Assembly (NCBI GenBank): GCA_048885925.1
Contig: JBHLLG010000058.1
Location: 1 to 16,970 of the forward strand
From: Candidatus Hermodarchaeota archaeon
GTDB lineage: Archaea; Asgardarchaeota; Lokiarchaeia; Sigyniarchaeales; SOKP01
DNA: 16,970 bases
Direction: 5' to 3'
Shown here: positions 7,870-15,038 of the stretch, one piece after another
Numbering within the stretch: position 1 is the first letter of the stretch
Layout: each line of letters opens with the position of its first letter
Translations under genes and position numbers: made by a program
The notes under the pieces: model-generated
What the model was told of the DNA's origin: nothing
The model's database searches: none
Seen by the model: only the letters and a program-made list of their open reading frames with translations

Positions 7870-8103
7870 ATGAAACAACTTACTTTGAAAAAACTATATA
7901 TCTGGTTAATGCTTACTCTTAATTTATTATTTGCTTTTGTAATTGGGTTTACAATTCCTTTACTCCAATCTGATAGTTATTACAATTTAGGGTATGTAAT
8001 GATTCCATTATTAGTAATTCTTAATTATATAATCTTAGATAGGTTTCATTATTATCTACGGCATTCAAATGAACTTGAGAGGAATGAAAATGCAGATATT
8101 TAG
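7870..8103 (+). CDS. Small two-TM membrane protein
   Basis: 77 aa, ATG start, two hydrophobic segments and a charged tail. Overlaps the start of the archaeosortase gene. Confidence 0.7.
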   Translation: MKQLTLKKLYIWLMLTLNLLFAFVIGFTIPLLQSDSYYNLGYVMIPLLVILNYIILDRFHYYLRHSNELERNENADI

Positions 8104-8980
8104 TAATTTGAGAAAAATCAAAAAACCTATTATTGAATATAATGAAAGAAAGTATATTTTTTCCATTAGATCAATAATTATTTTATCGATTTGTGCTCCA
8201 TTGTCAGCCTATCTAGTATATTTATTTTTTGATATGCAAATCAATTATTGGCTTCATGAAATTGTTGTAAAGCAAACAGTATTTTTCTTAAATTTGTTTT
8301 TTAATATAGGGGCTGTAGCTGAATTTGCTCCAAGTGGAAAATACCATTGGAGATTTTTGATTCCTGGAAAAAATCCCATATATTTCGAAACATTTTGTAC
8401 TGGAGTTCAAGCAATTGTTATATTTGTTGGTATAATTGTCTTTACACCTCATAGTCAAGATCAAAGTGCTAAAGAAGATATTATTTGGAGAAAGACAAAA
8501 GCGCTCATTATTTCATCAATTATATTCTATGTGATAAATATTATTAGAATGCTAATTCAAATTGACCTATATTACATCGGTTATGCCTGGGAAGATATAC
8601 ATTTTTCAATCAGCGCTGCAAGTTCCTTTATAGCAGCAATTATAGTTCTCTTGATGCATAAGTGGATTCCTGAATTTATAATCTCCATAATATATGTTGG
8701 AACTCTTGTAAGTGAACCAGTAAAAAAAAAGCGAAAAGAGAAAATTAAAACTATCCTTGAAACGTCAAATAAAATTGAATTCAAATTGATGCAAAAAGTA
8801 TTAAGAGTGGATAAAAAAAATTTTCATGGTAAAATTACGGAATGGGCAGAAGATTTTGGATACTCCATTGAAGAAAATTATATTGTTATCCCAAATACGA
8901 AAAAACCACACTTTATAGAATTGCTTATGATGGATAAACCTTTTTCCAAACAGGTTTCTAAAAATATGAAAGAAAAATAG
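8084..8980 (+). CDS. Archaeosortase/exosortase family transpeptidase with an extra soluble C-terminal domain
   Basis: Multi-TM protein with Cys in ETFCTG, Arg in INIIR and His in WEDIH, matching the Cys-Arg-His triad of the family. Start uncertain (ATG at 8069, 8084 or 8090, same frame). Confidence 0.85.
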   Translation: MKMQIFSNLRKIKKPIIEYNERKYIFSIRSIIILSICAPLSAYLVYLFFDMQINYWLHEIVVKQTVFFLNLFFNIGAVAEFAPSGKYHWRFLIPGKNPIYFETFCTGVQAIVIFVGIIVFTPHSQDQSAKEDIIWRKTKALIISSIIFYVINIIRMLIQIDLYYIGYAWEDIHFSISAASSFIAAIIVLLMHKWIPEFIISIIYVGTLVSEPVKKKRKEKIKTILETSNKIEFKLMQKVLRVDKKNFHGKITEWAEDFGYSIEENYIVIPNTKKPHFIELLMMDKPFSKQVSKNMKEK

Positions 8981-9038
8981 AATAGAAATATCATTTAATT
9001 TTTAATTAAATATTTTAAAAAATTAAAATTGATGAAAT

Positions 9039-9941
9039 ATGTTAAATTTTGAAACTGAGCAAAAAATATTACAAATTGGTAATGTTAGATTAGGTGGTCA
9101 ACCTGGAGAAAATCCAATTGTAATGATTGGAACTGTATTTTATGCAAGACATTCAGCTTTACTCGATGAAAAAACAGGTAGAATTGATAAAAATATTGTT
9201 GAACAAGAATTAAACGAATTTTCTTCTCTTATTGAGGAGTCTAAATTACAAGGGATAATTGATGTTGTTGGTGCATATCCAGAAGCACTAATTAAGGAAT
9301 GTGAATTTATTGCTGAGAATGTAGACTTTCCTTTTCTAGTGGATGGGTTAAACGACTCTTCTCGTATACCCGCTATGAAGGGATTAGGCGAAATTGGATT
9401 ATTAGATAGAGCTATCTTAAATAGTATTGATGAGAATACAAATGATGAAAATCTAGAAGTATTGAAAGAAATCGGAGTTAAAAATGCTGTTTTATTAACA
9501 TTTGGAAATAGATATATATTTCCGAAGCAAAAAGTTAAATTCTTAAAAGATACGCTGATTCCAAGAGCTGAACAAGCAGGAATTGATAATAAAATTGTTG
9601 ATACTGCTGTTTTGGATTTACCCTCGATTGCTATTAATTTTGAAACTGTAAGATTGGTAAAGAATGAATTAGGATTACCAACAGGATTTGCTCCTGCTAA
9701 TGCAATTTATGCGTGGAATTTTGTGAAAAGGTATGGGGAAAATCCTCGTTGTGGAGCCATTGCTTCAATTATGACTTACTGTGCTTCTGCACCGAGTGAT
9801 TTTATTTTATTTGGTCCACTAAAATTTGCAAAATGCGTGATACCGTCCATTGCACTAATTTCTGGAGTTAACTCCTACTACAGAAAAAGAGTATTAAGAA
9901 AAGAAATATTTGAACAATCACCTTTAAATGTAATTTTTTAA
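9039..9941 (+). CDS. mtrH: MtrH-family methyltransferase (tetrahydromethanopterin S-methyltransferase subunit H / MtgA-like), stand-alone
   Basis: Family-typical N-terminus FETEQKILQIGNVRLGGQPGENPIVMIGTVFY, plus PFLVD, ILNSI, IVDTAV, GFAPANA and DFILFGP. Confidence 0.9.
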   Translation: MLNFETEQKILQIGNVRLGGQPGENPIVMIGTVFYARHSALLDEKTGRIDKNIVEQELNEFSSLIEESKLQGIIDVVGAYPEALIKECEFIAENVDFPFLVDGLNDSSRIPAMKGLGEIGLLDRAILNSIDENTNDENLEVLKEIGVKNAVLLTFGNRYIFPKQKVKFLKDTLIPRAEQAGIDNKIVDTAVLDLPSIAINFETVRLVKNELGLPTGFAPANAIYAWNFVKRYGENPRCGAIASIMTYCASAPSDFILFGPLKFAKCVIPSIALISGVNSYYRKRVLRKEIFEQSPLNVIF

Positions 9942-11440
9942 GCTATATACCTTAAAAGCAAATCTTTTGTATAATTTAAGAAGGATGATAATTCAATATT
10001 AATAATCTCTTTTTTATTCTCATCATCTATCAAAAATAATAGAAACATATTATTTTCTTCAATTTGAATTCTTTTAAAAAGAATGATTGAATTAGAGACT
10101 TTAAATATTGCTTCCTCTTTTTGTAGTGCCTTAAATTTGGCAAAAATATTAAATAACATTGCAAATTGAGGTGCAGAGACTTCAAAAACATTCAAAATTT
10201 CTGATTTTGGAATTTTAATCAATTGGATTGTCTGATCATTATAAAAATTTGCTAATACTAATCCATCAGTAGATAATAATAAAGTGAGATTAACTTTTGT
10301 TATTAGAGAAAAATTTCTAAGGTTATGATTTATAATTTCTCTATTTGGGCTTAATTTCGAGATTCCTGAGGAAAAAGCTCTTAAAATTGTAAATACTTGA
10401 AAAATACTTGTTAAATATGTCTCAGGAGGACCATCTGGAGTAATTTTATTCAATCTTTTTTTAATAGATTCAATATTTTCTTTAATTTCAATTGAATTTA
10501 AAACGTCCAAATCTGCTTTTGATAAAATGTATATTATTGGAGTGTTTTGATTAAAATCTTTTAGAATTTTTTTAATATTTAAGAGATATTCTATACTTTC
10601 TTCAAATCTGTTTTTATTTTTAATATCGATAAAAAAGAACATCAAATCAGCTTCATACAAATAAATCTCAGCTTTGCTGATATATTTTTCCCGAAATTTT
10701 CGTTGGCCTCCTAAATCCCATAAAAATATAGTAGCACCTAATGCTTCAATAGATGTGATGCTTGCACCTGTTGTTGGCTTTAAACCTATCAATTTGCTAT
10801 ATTGTTTATCAATACTTAATAGGAAACTTGTTTTACCCGAATCATCAAGACCAGAAAAAAGTATTTTTAATTTTCTGTGTGAAGTTATTGGTGTAGAGGG
10901 GCTTTTTTCTATTTCAAATAAGTTAAATAGAAGATTATGGAAATATTGTTCAAGATCTTCGAACGGGGGGTAACTTTCATTTAATAAATTATCAAGTTCA
11001 TTGAAAAAGCTTATAATTAAAGGCTTTAATCTATTTATATTATTATATAAAAAGCTTCGGCTTTTTTCCTCAACTAAAATAGAAAATGCAGTTGGAATAG
11101 GATTATTTGATGAATCTGTCCTAATAAAATGAAAATAAGTAAGCGAAGTTGTCTTAAAATCAGGATAAGGTAATATTGCAAAATATTGGATATTTTCAAG
11201 GTTTTTTTCTTCGCTAACTATCTTATCGCTGATAAACAAACTCAGATTTTTTATAGAAATCTGAGTTACATCCCTATAAGTTAATGTCAGAAGTTTTCTT
11301 TCTTCTCTCTCTTTATGGATTTCACTAAATACTTTGTCACTAACATAATTTGGGAACATATAAATAGGTTGAGGACCCATTTCACCATAAACACTGAAGA
11401 CATAACCTTTTACAATCGAATTTTCAATAAGTTCTTCCAT
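9938..11440 (-). CDS. Three-domain protein: longin/uDENN-like domain, Arf/Rag-like small GTPase, roadblock-like C-terminal domain
   Basis: G1 GLDDSGKT, G2 KPTTG, G3 WDLGGQ, G4 SKAD, G5 TSIF. N-terminal GYVFSVYGEMGPQP..ISIK..ILPYP matches the N-terminus of the 1..1031 protein. C-terminal LLLSTDGLVLA is roadblock-like. Confidence 0.88.
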   Translation of the reverse strand: MEELIENSIVKGYVFSVYGEMGPQPIYMFPNYVSDKVFSEIHKEREERKLLTLTYRDVTQISIKNLSLFISDKIVSEEKNLENIQYFAILPYPDFKTTSLTYFHFIRTDSSNNPIPTAFSILVEEKSRSFLYNNINRLKPLIISFFNELDNLLNESYPPFEDLEQYFHNLLFNLFEIEKSPSTPITSHRKLKILFSGLDDSGKTSFLLSIDKQYSKLIGLKPTTGASITSIEALGATIFLWDLGGQRKFREKYISKAEIYLYEADLMFFFIDIKNKNRFEESIEYLLNIKKILKDFNQNTPIIYILSKADLDVLNSIEIKENIESIKKRLNKITPDGPPETYLTSIFQVFTILRAFSSGISKLSPNREIINHNLRNFSLITKVNLTLLLSTDGLVLANFYNDQTIQLIKIPKSEILNVFEVSAPQFAMLFNIFAKFKALQKEEAIFKVSNSIILFKRIQIEENNMFLLFLIDDENKKEIINIELSSFLNYTKDLLLRYIA

Positions 11441-11526
11441 GGTTTTAAAATAAATACAAGTAATTTTTTAATTTCTTAAATTAATGTAAGCAAATTTTAT
11501 TATTAATAGCTTTATATTTAAATTAG

Positions 11527-12489
11527 ATGTTTCTCAAAAAAATTGCTGAGACTATTACTAGTAATAAAGATATTATTGAAAAGAAAGATATTAGTCCAAT
11601 AATCGAATTCATCGATAAGAACTCTTTTAAAAGTCAAAAAATTTTCTCTGATATAGGAGAAGATTCAGCAGCGATAACAAATAAAGATAACTTTATCCTA
11701 ATTACTACAGACAGAATTAAAACTAGTTTTGTTGAGAATTTTCCTTATGGAGCGGGTTTTAGTGCAATAGTAGTTGGAGTAGATGATATTTATTGCTGTG
11801 GTGGATTTCCTTTAGCAGCAAGTTTAATTATATCATATAAAGAAGATGTAATTGGAAAGCAAATCATAGATGGTGTTTGTGAAGGTTCTAGGAAGTTTAA
11901 TGTACCGATCGTACGAGGTCATACAAACCCTAGAGGGGATTATTATGAATTAAGTTCTACTATGATTGGAGAAATTAACAGAGATCACTATATTTCGGCA
12001 AAAAATGCACAAGTTAATGACAATATAATTTTAGCTGTAGATTTTGATGGAAAAGTTGGAAAAGCAAGTAATTTATATTGGGATACTGTAACTTTTAAAA
12101 CTTCAAAAGAGGTTTTGAATAAAAGGAAATCGATGAATGAAATTGCTAAATTGCAAATAGCTAATTCTTCTAAAGATATATCTAATGGAGGTATATTTGG
12201 CACCATATTACAATTAATTAAATTCTCTGAAGTAGGAGCAGATATTAATATTAATCAAATTAGTATTCCTCCTAGATTAATTGAAAAAGACTATTCACTA
12301 GATACTTATATTAAAATGTATTTAACCACCTCCTACATTTTAACAGTCCCTAAAAAAAATAGTAAGATGGTATTAGAAATATTTAGTAAATTCGGATTAG
12401 ATGCAAAGATTATAGGGATAATTATAAAAGAAAAAAATCTCCTAAAGGTAAATGATGGGAAGAAATCCATTGATGTATTACGATTTTAA
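11527..12489 (+). CDS. AIR synthase (PurM-like) superfamily protein, selenophosphate-synthetase-related / methanogenesis marker 2-like
   Basis: IGEDSA, ITTD, GVDDIYCCGGFP, VPIVRGHT, SKDISNGGIFG. The exact subfamily cannot be resolved by eye. Confidence 0.8.
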   Translation: MFLKKIAETITSNKDIIEKKDISPIIEFIDKNSFKSQKIFSDIGEDSAAITNKDNFILITTDRIKTSFVENFPYGAGFSAIVVGVDDIYCCGGFPLAASLIISYKEDVIGKQIIDGVCEGSRKFNVPIVRGHTNPRGDYYELSSTMIGEINRDHYISAKNAQVNDNIILAVDFDGKVGKASNLYWDTVTFKTSKEVLNKRKSMNEIAKLQIANSSKDISNGGIFGTILQLIKFSEVGADININQISIPPRLIEKDYSLDTYIKMYLTTSYILTVPKKNSKMVLEIFSKFGLDAKIIGIIIKEKNLLKVNDGKKSIDVLRF

Positions 12490-12581
12490 ATTCAATTTAA
12501 AGTTAAAATTGCTTGATTTATAAATGTTAATTTATAAAATACAAGAAATAAAAAATTAAAAACTTAAATTAAATATTTAAA

Positions 12582-13232
12582 TTAGTTAAGGGGTGAATGG
12601 CAAGATGAACATATTGTTTGACCACCACTATTTAATTTTCCGCACATTGGACAAATAATTCTTCTTGTTTTTATTTCAGATTCCATAGCTTCTTTTTCTG
12701 CTAGAAATTGTAATAATTTCTTATCTGCTTCCTTCATTTCTCTTTCTTTAGCTTCTTTTTCCGCTCTTTTTTTAGCTTCTTGTTCAGCTTTTTCTCTAGC
12801 TTCCCTTTCTGCTTTTTCTCTGGCTTCTCTCTCCGCTTTTTCTTTAGCTTCTCTTTCCGCTTTTTCTTTAGCTTCTTTTTCCGCTCTTTTTTTAGCTTCT
12901 TGTTCAGCTTTTTCTCTAGCTTTCCTTTCTGCTTTTTCTCTGGCTTCTCTCTCCGCTTTTTCTTTAGCTTCCCTTTCTGCTTGCTTTTTAGCTGTTTTTT
13001 CCTCCTTTTCTAATTCTTTTCTTTCTTTTCTATCTTCTAATTTGAGTTTTGCTTTCTCTTTGCTTTCACCAACTTTTTCTTTTACTTTTGAAGCAAAGCT
13101 ACCTAAAGTTTTTTTACTACTACTCAGTTTATCTTTCAATTTTGATTTAAAAGCGCTTTCTGTCTTTTCTTCTAATTCTTTAATAGATTCTGAATCATTA
13201 TTTGATTCATTTTTATCTTGAGATTCGTTCAT
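12582..13232 (-). CDS. Charged helical repeat protein with a C-terminal C4 zinc finger
   Basis: Probable start is ATG 13232 (MNESQD); the ORF-track extension to 13385 reads as AT-rich intergenic sequence. About 100 aa of E/K/R/A repeats, then IICPMCGKLNSGGQTICSSCHSPL. Confidence 0.85.
   Translation of the reverse strand: MNESQDKNESNNDSESIKELEEKTESAFKSKLKDKLSSSKKTLGSFASKVKEKVGESKEKAKLKLEDRKERKELEKEEKTAKKQAEREAKEKAEREAREKAERKAREKAEQEAKKRAEKEAKEKAEREAKEKAEREAREKAEREAREKAEQEAKKRAEKEAKEREMKEADKKLLQFLAEKEAMESEIKTRRIICPMCGKLNSGGQTICSSCHSPLN
12743..12980. repeat. Intragenic tandem repeat: 24-nt units nested in a 120-bp-period duplication
   Basis: 12743-12860 and 12863-12980 are near-identical (about 3 mismatches by eye). 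Each is built of 24-nt units encoding KAEREA(R/K)E-type octapeptides. Confidence 0.92.
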
Positions 13233-13407
13233 TTGGATGTTCACTTTAAATTCAATCTTATTAAATATGATTAATCTTACTAACTTTATTTTATTTTTTT
13301 TCTTATAAGTATTTTTTATTAAGAAATAATAATAATAATTTAACAAATTTCGGTATTTTTTATAATTTTGATTTAATAAGATCATTGAAATTTAAGGTAT
13401 TTTAGAG

Positions 13408-13947
13408 ATGATTAATATGGACTTGGATTTTAAAAAAAACTGCAAAGGAGTTATTTCTGTAATTGGTGCTAGTGAGATTGATAAAGAGACGAAAGAAATA
13501 ACTATTGAAATTGGAAGATTACTAGCAAAAAATAATTTAGCTATAGCATGTGGTGGACTTTCGGGTGTAATGGAAGCTGTGTGTAAAGGAGCAAAGCAAG
13601 AAGGAGGCTTTACTATTGGAATAATTCCATTTGTTGAAAAATCAGCCGCCAACAAGTATATAGATTTAGTAATTCCATGTCCATTTTCTCAAGCAAGAAA
13701 TATAGTTGTTGTATTAGCTGGAGATATATGTTTAGCTATAGCTGGTAAAGCAGGCACCTTATCTGAAATTTCTTTTGCTTGGATCTATGAAAAGCCTATC
13801 ATTGCATTGACAAATGTTAATGGTTGGTCTTCAAAAATAGCTAATCAAAAACTTGACGATCGAAGAAATGACATAATTTATGGAGTGAAAACGCCTCAAG
13901 AGGTAATTAACAAAATAAACGACTTACTCAAAATCAAGAATTCTTAA
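13408..13947 (+). CDS. LOG/SLOG family nucleotide-binding protein (TIGR00725-like)
   Basis: ISVIGAS, ACGGLSGVMEAVCKGAK..GGFTIGIIP, ARNIVVV, GKAGTLSEI. Confidence 0.92.
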   Translation: MINMDLDFKKNCKGVISVIGASEIDKETKEITIEIGRLLAKNNLAIACGGLSGVMEAVCKGAKQEGGFTIGIIPFVEKSAANKYIDLVIPCPFSQARNIVVVLAGDICLAIAGKAGTLSEISFAWIYEKPIIALTNVNGWSSKIANQKLDDRRNDIIYGVKTPQEVINKINDLLKIKNS

Positions 13948-14008
13948 GAACATTTATAAAATTTTAAATAATATTTATATACCATATTTAAAAAAGAGGA
14001 ATTAAAGC

Positions 14009-14710
14009 ATGGATAAACAACCAATAGAAGATATGGAAGTTTTTTTGAAACCAACAAAATTTTGTGATTGTAACAATCGGGAAATAATTAATAAGGTGAA
14101 ATAACTTACTAAAAAAGATAAAACTCCAAAAGAGATGGTATTAAGTATTTTTAATTTTGTAAGAGATAAGATAACTTTCACGATGTGTGAGAATGATAGA
14201 GCATTTCAAACTCTTGAAAAAAGATATGGTGATTGCGATATCAAAACAAATCTTCAAGTTGCATTATTGCGTGCAATCAATATTCCAGTTAGATATTACA
14301 TTGCGTCTTTACGTAAAGAATGACTTAAAGGTATAATTTTAGAATCATTTTACGAGTTGGGATCAGTTGTAATACCACATCATCCTTGGTGTGAATGCTA
14401 TCTTTCTGAGAAACGGATCGCTTGTGACACTCTATTAGATAAAGAATTAGCTGAAAATATTAATAGGAAAGGTATTCATACAAAGGACGATATTCCAACA
14501 ATAGATTGGGATGGTAAACATGATTTAAACACCATGAAAAAATGGATAATAGAGGATAAAGGAACTCTTGCTTCTATCGATAAATTATTTCCTGAAGCTC
14601 AAAAGTGGTTAGATGATATACCAATTGAAAAGGATCAATTGGAGATACTAATTAATCAGTCAAATAAATATACTGAAAATTTAAGAAAATTAAAATCTAC
14701 CAATTGTTAA
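14009..14710 (+). pseudogene. Transglutaminase-like (Cys-His-Asp) gene interrupted by two in-frame stops
   Basis: One frame from ATG 14009 (GAGG upstream): MDKQPIEDMEVFLKPTKFCDCNNREII..K*(TAA 14102-14104)LT..IFNFVRDKI..GDCDIKTNLQVALLRAINIPVRY..RKE*(TGA 14321-14323)LKGII..HPWCECYL..IACD..TAA 14710. The ORF-track pieces 14135..14323 and 14357..14710 are fragments of this gene. Confidence 0.85.
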
Positions 14711-14995
14711 GCAAAAACTCGACTATAAACAGCAATATGTAATTGATAAAGTGAAAACTGTCTAAGGAGTAATAAAAAAAATAAAGGAACTACCAAAAAA
14801 AATGAAAATAGGTAAAAAATAAGCTGTAATAATGGGTCTTAAATGTCCTATAATCTCAACAAGATGAAGGTTTCTTTGAGTTTTAGATAGACAATCTTAA
14901 ATTTTAATTTTTAGTCTAATTTATCTTTACAAAATTATTTGTTATGCAAAAGCTAAATAAAGAATGATATAATTTTTTATCTTATTAAGAATATA

Positions 14996-15031
14996 TTTAT
15001 ATAAAATTTACTTCTATCAATTTTTAGGTGA
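14996..15031 (+). promoter_or_regulatory. Candidate TATA box (TTTATATA) and SD-like AGGTGA upstream of the Rag-like GTPase
   Basis: TTTATATA at 14996-15003; AGGTGA at 15026-15031, 7 nt before the TTG start. Low specificity in AT-rich DNA. Confidence 0.4.
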
Positions 15032-15038
15032 AATTTAA

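Noticed and set aside
8581-12206. ORFs 8581..8784 (-), 10674..10973 (+) and 11988..12206 (-)
   Set aside because: Each lies antisense within a well-supported gene.
12743-12980. Possible CRISPR array
   Set aside because: Units are contiguous, in frame and coding, with no unique spacers and no cas genes.
12780-13013. Phe/Ser-rich 77-aa plus-strand ORF
   Set aside because: Reverse-strand reading of the E/K/R/A repeat, not a membrane protein.
13233-13385. N-terminal 51-aa extension of the repeat protein in the ORF track
   Set aside because: Y/K/N/I-rich translation of AT-rich intergenic DNA that must hold divergent promoters; ATG 13232 is more plausible.
14321-14323. In-frame TGA as selenocysteine
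   Set aside because: It is not at the catalytic Cys, the gene also has an in-frame TAA, and I see no convincing SECIS-like hairpin downstream.
14802-14867. Possible gene remnant (MKIGKK*AVIMGLKCP...) in the 328-bp gap
   Set aside because: Too short and interrupted to support any homology.
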